Assembly: GCA_963832745.1 (NCBI GenBank)
Contig: CAWHVC010000004.1
Span: 167,754-231,753 of the forward strand
Length of the DNA stretch: 64,000 bases
Direction of reading: 5' to 3'
Source: Candidatus Bathyarchaeota archaeon
GTDB lineage: Archaea; Thermoproteota; Bathyarchaeia; Bathyarchaeales; Bathycorpusculaceae
The notes beneath the pieces are model-generated. The model had not been told where the DNA came from. It did not search any database and worked only from the letters and a program-made list of their open reading frames with translations. Position numbers and translations under genes: made by a program. Within the stretch, counting starts at the first letter, position 1, and the number at the start of each line of letters is the position of its first letter. Below are positions 26,700-36,944 of this stretch, piece by piece.

Positions 26700-26927
26700 T
26701 TAGCTTTGTCCAGTGACTTTTATGGCGTTTACAGGGCAAGACTCTTCGGCTTCTTGAGCATCCTCTACTTTGTCATCATCGAAACTTCCTTCAGATTTCC
26801 CATTGGTCGTTCCATTGATTACTTTCGATTTTCGGGTTTCATCAGGTTCAAAATGGGCTGGATCCACAAGGTAACAGGTTCCGCATGCAATGCATTTTTC
26901 TCTATCAACTTCAATTTTGTAATTCAA
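26700..26927 (-). CDS. Small single-cluster ferredoxin
   Basis: CIACGTC ... CPVNAI spacing typical of mono-cluster [4Fe-4S]/[3Fe-4S] ferredoxins. 75 aa. Confidence 0.75.
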   Translation of the reverse strand: MNYKIEVDREKCIACGTCYLVDPAHFEPDETRKSKVINGTTNGKSEGSFDDDKVEDAQEAEESCPVNAIKVTGQS

Positions 26928-27048
26928 CAGGCATTCCTACTATAGATTGATATCTTGCTAACATGTAATTATAACTTACATAGCAAGGGTTCATTTAACT
27001 AAAAACTTAGGCAAATGAATAACGTGCCAAGTGGTAATGTGAATAAAG

Positions 27049-27429
27049 ATGAGCTTCCTTCAGCGCTTATCGATGCGAGAATTCAGGGAACTAGGCGACT
27101 GGCGTGGAGAAACGTTAGCCAAAGCGCGTCAACTTATAATGGAGGCAGACCCCACAGTAGTTGAAGAATGGAAGTGGGCAAAGTCAACAAACCCTGGGAT
27201 TCCAGTTTGGTCCCATAACGGTGGCATTTGCACATGGGAGACTTACAAGAGCGTTGTCAAGCTCACTTTCTTCAAGGGTGCTTCGCTGGAGGACCCCTTC
27301 CACCTTTTCAATCAGCCGGGGACTGTTAGACGCGCCATCGACATCCATGAAGGCGAGAAGATTGACGAGGAAGCCTTCAAGAATCTAATTCATGCCGCTG
27401 TGAAATTGAACACTTCCAAATCTCGCTGA
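27049..27429 (+). CDS. DUF1801 (YdhG-like) domain protein
   Basis: ETLAKARQLIMEADPTVVEEWKW...VKLTFFKGASLEDP...GTVRRAIDIHEGEKIDEEAF fits the family pattern. Confidence 0.6.
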   Translation: MSFLQRLSMREFRELGDWRGETLAKARQLIMEADPTVVEEWKWAKSTNPGIPVWSHNGGICTWETYKSVVKLTFFKGASLEDPFHLFNQPGTVRRAIDIHEGEKIDEEAFKNLIHAAVKLNTSKSR

Positions 27430-27461
27430 AACCTTTTTTCATCTATTTGATAAGCATTAAC

Positions 27462-28904
27462 CTAATGTTGTTCTTTTGACGTTTCTACTTTACTTGGGCT
27501 TGATTTAGCTCCTAAAATTGCAAAGGGAATTGCGAATATGTTGATTATCATCATGGCAAAATAGGTTGATTGCAAACCGTTGAGAAATAGAAGTTTGTTT
27601 GCAGCAGAAATGGTAGCAGGGTTTGCGGTTCCGATTATGTTTGTTATTATTTCGTAGGGAACGGTAAAAGACATGAAAAGTATTGCCAAATTTAAGCTCA
27701 AGGTTAAGCCGATATTGAACATCAAGACGAATACTGCTGAGCCTATTCCACGCCTGTTTGCTGGAAGAGAACCCATCACAGCTTTCATGTTAGGCGCTAA
27801 AAACAATCCTATGCCTACCCCAAAAAGTATCATGTAAATGGCATGCGCGATGTACGGTGTAGTTATGTTTGCGGTTGAAAACAAGTACAATGCTATTGTT
27901 GCCACTATTAAGCCCGAGAGAGTAAACCATTTATGACCATACTTGTCGGATAATCTGCCGCTTAATGGTCCAACTGCCAAAAATGCCACCTCAAAGGGCA
28001 GTATTCGTAAGCCTGCTGAAAGGGGTGATTCGTTGTTGATAAGCTGAAATTGCAGGCTTAAAAGCAGTAATACTGTTGCTAAAGTGATAATGTTAAAGAA
28101 CCGAGCAAAAGACCCGCCTACGAACTCTTTTATTTTGAACAAATTTAAATCTACAAGCGGTTGCCTGGTTCGTCTTTCCCATAGGCCAAACAGGAGCAAG
28201 AAAACTCCAGAAACCGGCAATAAAACATAGACGATTTCTAACATGCTTGAGCCGTATGTTGCAAAAGTTAACCCCAACATTAAACTCAGCAGAAAGACAG
28301 TAAATAGTACAAAGCCAATCCAGTCTACTTTGGCATTTTTTTCGAGTTCACCAATTTCTTTGAGAGACCTATGAGCCCAGTAAGTACCAAAAATCCCTAT
28401 GGGTATATTAATTAAAAATAGCGCCTGCCAAGCAAAAAAGGACAAAATTAATCCGCTCAAAACTAAGCCCAGAATGGCTCCTGCTCTGAAAGAAATCTGG
28501 TTAATGCCCACTGCAAAGCCGAGTTGGTTTTTTGGGGTTGCGTCTGTCACTATAGTAAGGGCGTTTGCTAAAATCATTGATGCACCGAACCCTTCTACAC
28601 CTCTGAAAATAATGACTTCTAAAGGAGTAGTGCCGGCAGCAATCAACCCTGAGCCTATAGTGAATATGGCAAAGCCGTAAACAAAGAGTCTTACCCGCCC
28701 TATAATGTCTACTAACCTTCCGATTAACACTAGCATTATGGTAGTGGCTAAAACGTAGGATTGAGTAATCCAAATGGCTTGCACAGCGTTGGCATGTAAC
28801 TGCTCAGCAACTTGAGGCAAACCCACAATAACTATTCGAAGATCGATGCCCACCATCAAAACTCCGATGGTAGTTACCGTCAATGCGATCCATTTATACT
28901 GCAA
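27462..28904 (-). CDS. MFS transporter, 14-TM DHA2 (EmrB/QacA-like) type
   Basis: ~14 hydrophobic segments, GRLVDIIGR and GPLSGRLSDKYG loop motifs. 480 aa. Confidence 0.8.
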   Translation of the reverse strand: MQYKWIALTVTTIGVLMVGIDLRIVIVGLPQVAEQLHANAVQAIWITQSYVLATTIMLVLIGRLVDIIGRVRLFVYGFAIFTIGSGLIAAGTTPLEVIIFRGVEGFGASMILANALTIVTDATPKNQLGFAVGINQISFRAGAILGLVLSGLILSFFAWQALFLINIPIGIFGTYWAHRSLKEIGELEKNAKVDWIGFVLFTVFLLSLMLGLTFATYGSSMLEIVYVLLPVSGVFLLLFGLWERRTRQPLVDLNLFKIKEFVGGSFARFFNIITLATVLLLLSLQFQLINNESPLSAGLRILPFEVAFLAVGPLSGRLSDKYGHKWFTLSGLIVATIALYLFSTANITTPYIAHAIYMILFGVGIGLFLAPNMKAVMGSLPANRRGIGSAVFVLMFNIGLTLSLNLAILFMSFTVPYEIITNIIGTANPATISAANKLLFLNGLQSTYFAMMIINIFAIPFAILGAKSSPSKVETSKEQH

Positions 28905-29173
28905 CGCGTCAACTCCACGTCAAAAAAAGGATATCCAGTTTTTTGATAATCCCAAAAGAAGATAATTGAGCGTGTTTATTTCTGTGTTTGCTTGGCTAAT
29001 AAATTATGTTAAATAAAACGGTTTTCTGCAGTTACACTTAGGGGCAAAATGTTAATTTACTTTCCGTTCGACTGGCAATATTTCTGTATTTTAGAACGGT
29101 TTTAAGTATTATATAAGAGAAAAACAATAGATAGACCCTTGGTCTAGCAAGTTAGATAGCCTATAATTTATGG

Positions 29174-30778
29174 GTGCTAAACATGAACGCTGATGGCAAA
29201 AGATTCCGAGATGCAATAATCGAGTTTTTACCTGATGCCACGTTTGTCATCGATTTGGACGGTAAAGTCATTGCTTGGAACAGCGCTATGGAAATGCTAA
29301 CCAGCATTCCCCGAAGCGACATGCTTGGAAAAAGCAATTACGAATATGCCCTTCCATTCTACAAAGAACGCAGACCCATGCTGGCAAACCTAATTTTCTT
29401 GCCTCAAGTTGACTTTGAAACGAAATATGACTCTATAGAAAGAATCGGCGACGCGCTTGTTGTAGAAATTTATTTACCCGATTTTAGACCAGGCGGCGTA
29501 TACCTCTGGGCTAAAGCCAGTCCACTCTATGATTCACAGGGCGAAATCGTCGGTGCCATCGAAACAATCAGAGACATAACAGACCGGAAACGAGCAGAAG
29601 AAGAAATTATTCGATCACGCCGCAGTCTTGCAGACATTCTCAGCTTCCTTCCCGATGCCACGTTTGTCATCGATTTGGACGGTAAGGTCATTGCTTGGAA
29701 CAGCGCCATGGAAATGTTAACCAGTATACCTGCAGACTCCATGCTTGGAAAAGGTGACTATGAGTACGCAATCCCATTCTATAAGAAGCGGCGACCAATG
29801 TTGGCGGACCTAGTTTTCATGCCTGAAACAGAATTAAAAGAGAAATATAACAATGTTGAACGCAACATGGACACTCTTGTTGTCGATGTTTTTATTCCAG
29901 ATTTTCGGGTGGGCGGTGCCTACTTCTGGGCTAAGGCAAGTCCCTTGTATGACCCTAACAGTGGAAATGTAGTGGGCGCAATTGAAACAATCCGGGACAT
30001 AACCGAACGCCGAGAACTTGAAGGACGGCTTGCCCGTTCAAATGCCGAGCTACAGATTGCTGCAGAAATACAGAAAAGCTTTCTACCCGAGGCGATTCCT
30101 CAAATTCCAGGTTTTGATGTCGCAGCCCGCACCGTTATGGCAAAGGAAGTTGGAGGAGACTTCTTTGACGTAATCCCATATGAAGTTATGACTCTTGATA
30201 AGGGCATGCATGGCATGCTCGTCGCGGATGTATCGGGAAAAGGTGTTCCAGCAGCCCTCTTTATGGCGTTGTCAAGGATTGTTGTTCGAGTGAACGCTCT
30301 TTGGCATCATGACCCCGCGAAAGTAATTTACAGTTCCAACAACACCATAACCCAAGATTCAAAATCCGGCATGTTCGTAACCCTCTTTTTCGGACTGCTA
30401 AACGAGACAAACCGGTCCCTTACCTATGTTAACGCTGGACACAACCCGCCGCTAGTATTCCGGAGCCATGATGGGTCAGTTGAGAAGCTCATGCCTACAG
30501 GAATCGTGCTTGGGGCAGTCGAGAATTTGGAGTATAAGTCCAGAAGCGTAAAGATTGCGGAAGGCGACGTTGTTGTCATGTTTACCGATGGCGTTACGGA
30601 ATCAATCAATTCGCAGAGTGAACTGTTTGGAGAAAAGCGGCTTATAGCGGTTATTCAGAAAAACGCTGGCCTTTCGGCTCAGGGGATTCTTGAGCAGATT
30701 TTGGTTGAAGTAAACGCGTTTGCGGGAGATATGCCGCAGGCAGATGATATCACGTTACTTATTATCAAGGGGACCTGA
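29174..30778 (+). CDS. PAS-PAS-PP2C (SpoIIE/RsbU-type) serine phosphatase
   Basis: Two tandem PAS units (LPDATFVIDLDGKVIAWNSAMEMLTSIP twice), then the PP2C core AEIQKSFLP...EVGGDFFDV...VADVSGKGVPAALFMA...FTDGVTES...ADDITLL. Confidence 0.85.
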   Translation: MLNMNADGKRFRDAIIEFLPDATFVIDLDGKVIAWNSAMEMLTSIPRSDMLGKSNYEYALPFYKERRPMLANLIFLPQVDFETKYDSIERIGDALVVEIYLPDFRPGGVYLWAKASPLYDSQGEIVGAIETIRDITDRKRAEEEIIRSRRSLADILSFLPDATFVIDLDGKVIAWNSAMEMLTSIPADSMLGKGDYEYAIPFYKKRRPMLADLVFMPETELKEKYNNVERNMDTLVVDVFIPDFRVGGAYFWAKASPLYDPNSGNVVGAIETIRDITERRELEGRLARSNAELQIAAEIQKSFLPEAIPQIPGFDVAARTVMAKEVGGDFFDVIPYEVMTLDKGMHGMLVADVSGKGVPAALFMALSRIVVRVNALWHHDPAKVIYSSNNTITQDSKSGMFVTLFFGLLNETNRSLTYVNAGHNPPLVFRSHDGSVEKLMPTGIVLGAVENLEYKSRSVKIAEGDVVVMFTDGVTESINSQSELFGEKRLIAVIQKNAGLSAQGILEQILVEVNAFAGDMPQADDITLLIIKGT

Positions 30779-30826
30779 GCCTGTTATGTCAGAAGAAAAC
30801 CCTAAAAACCCTGGAAGGAGACAACC

Positions 30827-31252
30827 GTGAAAAGCTTTGAGCTTACCGTGGAGAGCAGGCTGGAAAGTCTTCCTAAGATAAGCGCGTTTATTGATGAAGC
30901 AATGCAGCACTATAACGTACAAAACGTAAAAGAAGTGTATGCAGTCCAGTTGTCGGTTGATGAAGCCTGCACTAACATAATTAAACATGCATACGCGAAC
31001 AAAAGCGATGGAAAAATTGTTATTCGCTGCACGCTGTGTAAGGCACCTGACAAGTTTGTAGTGGAAATAATGGATTGGGGTTGCCCTTTTGACCCAACAA
31101 CTCTGCCGACGCCTAATACGAAAAGCGGTTTGGATGAACGAAAGGAAGGCGGTTTGGGCATCTTTTTTATAAGAAAATTCATGGATGAAGTTAGCTATCG
31201 TAGAAGTGGCGATATGAATTTATTAACAATCGCCAAGTATATAAAAAAATAA
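30827..31252 (+). CDS. RsbW/SpoIIAB-type anti-sigma-like serine kinase (HATPase_c)
   Basis: N-box VDEACTNIIKHAY, G-boxes MDWGCPFDP and EGGLGIFFIRKFMD. 141 aa. Confidence 0.8.
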   Translation: MKSFELTVESRLESLPKISAFIDEAMQHYNVQNVKEVYAVQLSVDEACTNIIKHAYANKSDGKIVIRCTLCKAPDKFVVEIMDWGCPFDPTTLPTPNTKSGLDERKEGGLGIFFIRKFMDEVSYRRSGDMNLLTIAKYIKK

Positions 31253-31270
31253 TTACTGGAGAAAGAATAC

Positions 31271-31606
31271 ATGGAAACAAGGACAGAAGGAAATACAACC
31301 ATCGTAGTAATGGTTCCCAGATTCGACGCTTATACTGCCAATGACGTTGATACAGCATTAAAAGAGTTACTTGCGAAGGGCACCAAAAAAATAATCTGTG
31401 ATTTCTCCCAAACCGATTATGTAGCCAGTGCTGGCCTTAGGGTTCTTTTGTCTTCAGCTAAAACCCTGCAAAGGCAAGGCGGCCAAATTGTTTTATGCTC
31501 AATGAAACCTTACGTTCATGAAGTTTTTGAAATATCTGGGTTTACTCAGATTTTCAAAGTTTTTGAATCTAAAGAAGAAGCCTCTAAAAGCCTCAACCAA
31601 CCATAA
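31271..31606 (+). CDS. STAS-domain anti-anti-sigma-like protein (RsbV/SpoIIAA type)
   Basis: IICDFSQTDYVASAGLRVLL (phosphorylatable Ser context) and VHEVFEISGFTQIFKVFESKEEA. Confidence 0.8.
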   Translation: METRTEGNTTIVVMVPRFDAYTANDVDTALKELLAKGTKKIICDFSQTDYVASAGLRVLLSSAKTLQRQGGQIVLCSMKPYVHEVFEISGFTQIFKVFESKEEASKSLNQP

Positions 31607-31627
31607 AGAGGAGAAGCAAGCAGTTAA

Positions 31628-32854
31628 ATGTCAACTATAAAGTCTGAAGCAGAACGATGCCTAAAATGCAAAGTGCCCAGCTGTTCCAAGGGTTGTCCTG
31701 TTGGAACTCCTATCCCTCAGGTTACGACAAAGTTCTTGGAAGGCAAATTGGAAGAAGCAGGCAGGCTGCTTTTCAACAACAACCCCCTATCCGCCATAAC
31801 CTCAATCGTTTGTCCGCATGACAGAAACTGCAAGGGTCACTGCATACTAAACAAGAAAGGTCAACCGGTTGAATTCTATAAAATAGAGCAATACATCTCA
31901 CGTTTCTATTTGGAAACCTTCCAGCCACCGCAGGTTGAGAGAAACGGCAAAAAAGTAGCAGTTGTAGGCGCTGGCCCAGCTGGAATAACAGCGAGCATAA
32001 TTTTAGCGAAAAAGGGTTATTCAATCACTTTATTTGAGGAAATGGACAGCATCGGTGGAGCCATGCGTTATGGCATTCCAGAGTTTAGGCTACCTAGAAG
32101 CATCTTTGAGTTTTACAGAAAAATTCTTGACTCTTTAAATGTTAAATTCCGTCCCAACACCCAGATAGGCACCAATTTTAGCGCTGAAGACATGTTTCTT
32201 GATGGTTATGACGCTGTCCTTATTTGCACGGGCACAAACCGACCGAACCGTTTCGGTCTTTTAGGTGAAACTTTAGGGCACGTGCATTTTGCTGTTGACT
32301 ACTTGAGGTCTCCTGACGTCTATAAGCTGGGAAAGAACCTTGTGATTCTTGGAGCAGGAAACGTGGCTATGGATGCCGCAAGAACCGCCATCAGAAAGCA
32401 ACACGTCGACGTTACCATTCTCAATTACAGGGCACCAGAGGATGTAACGGCAGATAAAGCGGAAGTGGAAATGGCAATGATTGACGGCGTAAAACTGCTT
32501 CATAACTGCCAAGTCGTCCGTATCATGGATAATTCTGTCAAGTGCGTAAAAGTTGATAAAATCATCGCTGAAGACGGTTCAGTGAGTATAAAAGAGGATT
32601 TTAAATCTGCGTTTGAATTACCTGCTGAAGCTGTAATTATTGCGATCGGTCAAGGTCCCGGTTCAGACGTAGTAAGCGTCGGAGGCGCCAAAGTCACACA
32701 GAAAGGACTTTTACAGGCGGACGAGTTTGGTCAAACGTCACAAGAAGGAGTATTCGCTGCAGGAGACGTCGTTACTGGCCCTAGAACGGTAATCGAAGCC
32801 ATTGCGTCCGCAAAAAAAGCATCAGAAAAAATTGAAGAATACTGTAGCAAATAA
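31628..32854 (+). CDS. GltD/PreT/NfnB-family NAD(P)H-dependent Fe-S flavoprotein oxidoreductase
   Basis: N-terminal Cys clusters (CLKCKVPSCSKGCP, CPHDRNCKGHC); dinucleotide folds KKVAVVGAGPAGITAS and LVILGAGNVAMDAA; GVFAAGDV. Confidence 0.8.
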   Translation: MSTIKSEAERCLKCKVPSCSKGCPVGTPIPQVTTKFLEGKLEEAGRLLFNNNPLSAITSIVCPHDRNCKGHCILNKKGQPVEFYKIEQYISRFYLETFQPPQVERNGKKVAVVGAGPAGITASIILAKKGYSITLFEEMDSIGGAMRYGIPEFRLPRSIFEFYRKILDSLNVKFRPNTQIGTNFSAEDMFLDGYDAVLICTGTNRPNRFGLLGETLGHVHFAVDYLRSPDVYKLGKNLVILGAGNVAMDAARTAIRKQHVDVTILNYRAPEDVTADKAEVEMAMIDGVKLLHNCQVVRIMDNSVKCVKVDKIIAEDGSVSIKEDFKSAFELPAEAVIIAIGQGPGSDVVSVGGAKVTQKGLLQADEFGQTSQEGVFAAGDVVTGPRTVIEAIASAKKASEKIEEYCSK

Positions 32855-33035
32855 TTATATTCAATTAGTCGACCAGCAACTAATCTTCAAAATAAGCGTG
32901 GATAATGCTCATTTTTCCTCTAGCTTCAATCGTTACCTTTTGTTTCTTTTTTATTGTCAGGCATTAAATCGGTTAGCTGATTGACCAAAATCTTAATACA
33001 AATTAACATGTCTTTTTATCCGACTGGAATTTAAC

Positions 33036-34928
33036 ATGGAGTATGAAATCTTTCTGCTTCTTGCAGCCATCTTGCTAATCTTCTTAGATATAGCAGTTTT
33101 TTCAAGAACTAAATTTTCTTCTAACCGCTTAAATTATGCGGGCTTTATAGCGGCTGCATTTGCTTTCTTGTTGATATTAAGCTCTTACCTGTTGCTTTTG
33201 ATTGCTTTTGTGAATAACGACTTTTCATTTGTCGGCGTCTACTCTTTTAGCTCATCAAACTTGTCCCTGTTATCAAAAATTTACGCCAGCTGGGCAGGCG
33301 CAGGTGGTTCAATGCTTTTACTAACCATAATTTTAAGCACGTTCTATTTTGGGCTCAAAATTGCATCCTTAAAGAACACAGAGAAATTTAAAACACTAAC
33401 TTGTCAGGTAATGGGTTTTGTTGTTATTGTCTTTACATTGGTATGTTTACTGAGAAACCCCTTTGAACGACTTCCAGTAGCCGCTGTTGAAGGTTTTGGG
33501 CTTAACCCTCAACTGCAGAGTGTATGGATGGCTATTCATCCTCCAATTGTCTTTTCAGCTTACGCTTTTGTTGTACTTGCGTTTGCTTTGACAATTGCAA
33601 GTTTAAAAACCAACAAAGACATTGATACTTCAAAACTTTTCAAAGTATCAACTTATGCTTCTTGGATGCTGCTTACTGTTGGAATAGCTTTAGGCGGTGT
33701 TTGGGCGTATGAAGTTTTAGGTTGGGGTGGATATTGGGCTTGGGATCCAGTAGAAACAGCATCACTATTACCCTGGCTTATTTTAACAGGTTACTTTATT
33801 GTAAAATCTATTACAAAAAATCTAAGTCTTACTCGGGAAACACTGATTATGCTTACCTTTGCCAGTCTTGTTTTCCTAAGTGCCCTAACCCGTGGAGGGT
33901 TAACTCAATCTGTTCACTCGTATGCTGCCTCAGCAATTGGTCCAATAATGCTACTGTTTGCTGTAGGTATGATGGGTTACTTTTTTTACTTGGCAAAAAG
34001 CAAAAGGAAAAGTTTCTTCAAATTAACGGTTGACAGGAAATCTTTGACTTCCCGGTCATCTTTTGTTGGGTTTTGGGCGTTGATTTTTATTTCAATTGTG
34101 TGCTTGGTTGGGTTAGCTGTTCCGGATTTTGCTTACAGTTACTGGACTTATCCATTTGTCTTGTTGTTTGTTATATCGTTGGTTGGTTTCAGTCTTAACG
34201 ATAAAATGCATTATGCACGCCAATTCATAATCGTAACCGTAGGGTTGGTTGCTGGAGTTATTTTTACCTTGTTGGGTTTTGCTTCAGTAAATGTGCTTGT
34301 CACTTTAACTGTTCCTTTAATGGTTATAACCTTAGGTGCATTGTTCTACAAGCTCGCAACTTCGATAAGGCGACGAACTCTTCTTTGGCAATACCTTTTC
34401 GGTATAGCAGTTGTCGTGCTGCTTTTAGGCGTATTTGTAAGTTCAGGAGCCAAAACTTCTACAACACTTCAAAATGTTAACGTTAACTCTCCAGTACATG
34501 CTTCGGACTTAACGGTAACTTTAAGCGATTTGCATGTAAGCAACAGCACCACAAGGGTTTACAATACTCAAGTCGAAGGCGTTTTTCCTGAATATTCAAT
34601 TGTTACTGCAGATGTTTCTGTTCAGGGCTCTGGTTTAAATTATAACGGTAACTTGCAAGCGGCTTTCTATCCGAATTATGGATTAGTAATTAACCCCCTA
34701 ATTATCTCCACAATCACAGGTGACATTTACATTCATTTTGAATACACTGATTCACTTTACAACTCTTTAACTCAGAATTTGATTGGACAAAGTGTACTTC
34801 CCGACAATTTAGCATTAACTATCCAAAATAATCCATTGATTTACTTGGTTTGGGCAGGTGTGATTCTCATGTTGTTGGCATTGACTGCTGAGTTTATACT
34901 TGGAAATAAACAAACAATTAGCCTTTAA
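33036..34928 (+). CDS. ccmF: Cytochrome c maturation haem lyase CcmF (System I)
   Basis: W-rich motif WGGYWAWDPVETASLLPW, conserved His context AIHPPIVFSAYAF. Polytopic, 630 aa. Confidence 0.85.
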   Translation: MEYEIFLLLAAILLIFLDIAVFSRTKFSSNRLNYAGFIAAAFAFLLILSSYLLLLIAFVNNDFSFVGVYSFSSSNLSLLSKIYASWAGAGGSMLLLTIILSTFYFGLKIASLKNTEKFKTLTCQVMGFVVIVFTLVCLLRNPFERLPVAAVEGFGLNPQLQSVWMAIHPPIVFSAYAFVVLAFALTIASLKTNKDIDTSKLFKVSTYASWMLLTVGIALGGVWAYEVLGWGGYWAWDPVETASLLPWLILTGYFIVKSITKNLSLTRETLIMLTFASLVFLSALTRGGLTQSVHSYAASAIGPIMLLFAVGMMGYFFYLAKSKRKSFFKLTVDRKSLTSRSSFVGFWALIFISIVCLVGLAVPDFAYSYWTYPFVLLFVISLVGFSLNDKMHYARQFIIVTVGLVAGVIFTLLGFASVNVLVTLTVPLMVITLGALFYKLATSIRRRTLLWQYLFGIAVVVLLLGVFVSSGAKTSTTLQNVNVNSPVHASDLTVTLSDLHVSNSTTRVYNTQVEGVFPEYSIVTADVSVQGSGLNYNGNLQAAFYPNYGLVINPLIISTITGDIYIHFEYTDSLYNSLTQNLIGQSVLPDNLALTIQNNPLIYLVWAGVILMLLALTAEFILGNKQTISL

Positions 34929-34934
34929 TTTCTT

Positions 34935-35381
34935 TTAACCAAAGCTTAAGTGAAGCGCATAATACAGCAGCCCAAGTCCTAGAGATAACAACCAGATTGC
35001 CAATATTTTCCACATTAGCTTTTTTCTTGGAGCACAAAATTGTGTACTGCTTGATTCATTTATTGCCCAAACCCAAACAAGCCATACGCCCAAAATTAAT
35101 CCGACAGCTCCAATTACTCCATGAATTACGCCCATAGCAGCGACTATATTGAATGCGTTAAATGTTTCTGCGAAAGCAGAAACAAATGATGGCCCCATGT
35201 GCGAAAGTAACAGTAAAGCTGTGATTATCATAACAATAATCATTGAGTTGCCATGCCATACCGGTTTCCGTTTTTTTAATAGGTACAAGCTTAACCCTAT
35301 CAAAGCTAAAGCAACAAGAAAGATGACAACGTTTGTTTCTGCCATCCATTCGTGAACTACTTCAAATGAAACCATAAGCAA
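34935..35381 (-). CDS. Hypothetical 4-TM membrane protein
   Basis: Four hydrophobic helices. No family recognised. Confidence 0.5.
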   Translation of the reverse strand: MLMVSFEVVHEWMAETNVVIFLVALALIGLSLYLLKKRKPVWHGNSMIIVMIITALLLLSHMGPSFVSAFAETFNAFNIVAAMGVIHGVIGAVGLILGVWLVWVWAINESSSTQFCAPRKKLMWKILAIWLLSLGLGLLYYALHLSFG

Positions 35382-35513
35382 CCCCTTTCTGCTGCTTTAC
35401 CTTGTTAAATCCAGTTAATTTACTTTAAATTAGTCTTTGGCAATAGGTGCATTACTGAAAAGTTTTTTATAGTAAGTTAGCGTTTGGTAATTAAATCTAT
35501 TTTGTGGTAAGTT

Positions 35514-36944
35514 ATGTCTCAACCCCAAGACGCTAATGTAGTGGTTCCTGAAAAAATCGATTACAAAACTTCAGATTCAGTATCTAAATACTGGCTGTAC
35601 TCTGCTATACTATGGTTTCCAATTTTTGCCACTTTTGGCTTCATAATGGCAATCAAATTTTTTTATCCTACATTTCTAATCGATTCAGCTTTTGATACAT
35701 TTGGAAGAATCCGGCCAGCACACGTTAACGGGTTGCTTTTTGGCTTTTTATCTTCAGGCCTTATCGGCGCCATGTATTACGTTGTTCCCCGATTAAGCCA
35801 CGTATCTCTGTATAAGCCACAGATTGGAAAAATATCTGCTGTATTGTGGAATGTTGCGGTTTTAACTGGTGTGCTTCTCATTATGGGTGGGGATACTCAG
35901 GCTAGAGAATACGCCGAGATGCCTTGGATAATTGATGTTCTTGTAGTCATTACATTAATTCTAATAGGAATCACAATAATTGGAACAATACTGAAACGGA
36001 AAGAACGTAAACTTTATGTGAGTTTATGGTTTTTCGCGGCTATTTTCCTTTGGTTCCCCATAGTCTATTTCATAGGAAACGTAATGTGGAATCCTCCAAC
36101 AGGTGCACTTTATGGCTTAACAGACGCCATCGTCAACTGGTTCTACGGACACAACGTGTTAGGCTTATGGTTTACTCCTTTCGGGTTAGCTTTATGGTAT
36201 TACTTTATACCTAAACTTACTAAAAGAGCATTATACAGCGTAACATTATCGTTGATTAGCTTCTTTGCATTAGCGTTTTTCTACACTGGAGTTGGCGGTC
36301 ATCACTTGCTTCAATCCTCAATTCCTGAATGGCTAAAAACAATCGCTGTTGCAACAAGCGGTCTTATGATGCTTTCAGTTCTAACTTTCGCCACTAACAT
36401 AGGCATGACAATGCGTGGCGCTTGGCATTCATTTTTAAGCAATGTACCTTTAAGGTTCATTCTTTTCGGTTTTATCTGCTACATATTTGTCTCTATTCAA
36501 GGAACCTTTCAAGCACTTCGCGATATGAACCTCTACTTGCATTACTCTCAATGGACTGTAATGCATTCACATTTGGCATTATACGCATCATTCGGTATTA
36601 CCATAATGGGCATAATGTTCTACGTTATCCCAAAAATTTCCGGAAAACAGCTTTACAGCAAAAAATTGATGGATGTAACTTGGTGGGTTTCACTGCTTGG
36701 TTTTGTAATTTTCATGATGGGCATGTTACTGGCTGGATTAGTAGCTAACGCAGGTTGGTTTACAAGTCAAACAATAGCGCAAGTTTTGCCACTGCTCCCT
36801 CCTTACTTTATTATACGAGCAATAGGCGGCGGAATAGTTGTTGTATCTGCTTTCCTGTTCGCTATTAACATTATAATGACAATTTTGTCCAAACCAACAG
36901 GTGAAGAGTTGACTAAACAAACAATGGTGGTGCAGCAGGCATGA
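35514..36944 (+). CDS. ccoN: cbb3-type (C-family) haem-copper oxidase catalytic subunit CcoN
   Basis: RPAHVNG (haem b His), NWFYGHNVLGLWFT (compare CcoN WWYGHNAVGF), GVGGHHLL (CuB His pair), VMHSHLALYASFG (haem b3/b His pair). 12 TM, 476 aa. Confidence 0.85.
   Translation: MSQPQDANVVVPEKIDYKTSDSVSKYWLYSAILWFPIFATFGFIMAIKFFYPTFLIDSAFDTFGRIRPAHVNGLLFGFLSSGLIGAMYYVVPRLSHVSLYKPQIGKISAVLWNVAVLTGVLLIMGGDTQAREYAEMPWIIDVLVVITLILIGITIIGTILKRKERKLYVSLWFFAAIFLWFPIVYFIGNVMWNPPTGALYGLTDAIVNWFYGHNVLGLWFTPFGLALWYYFIPKLTKRALYSVTLSLISFFALAFFYTGVGGHHLLQSSIPEWLKTIAVATSGLMMLSVLTFATNIGMTMRGAWHSFLSNVPLRFILFGFICYIFVSIQGTFQALRDMNLYLHYSQWTVMHSHLALYASFGITIMGIMFYVIPKISGKQLYSKKLMDVTWWVSLLGFVIFMMGMLLAGLVANAGWFTSQTIAQVLPLLPPYFIIRAIGGGIVVVSAFLFAINIIMTILSKPTGEELTKQTMVVQQA

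Noticed and set aside
35514-36944. Alternative call of the haem-copper subunit as nitric-oxide reductase NorB.
   Set aside because: The coupled downstream subunit carries the specific CcoO/FixO block and additional CcoP-like haem domains rather than a NorC-like monohaem protein. CcoQ/S-like and FixP_N-like genes follow. Phylogeny would settle it.
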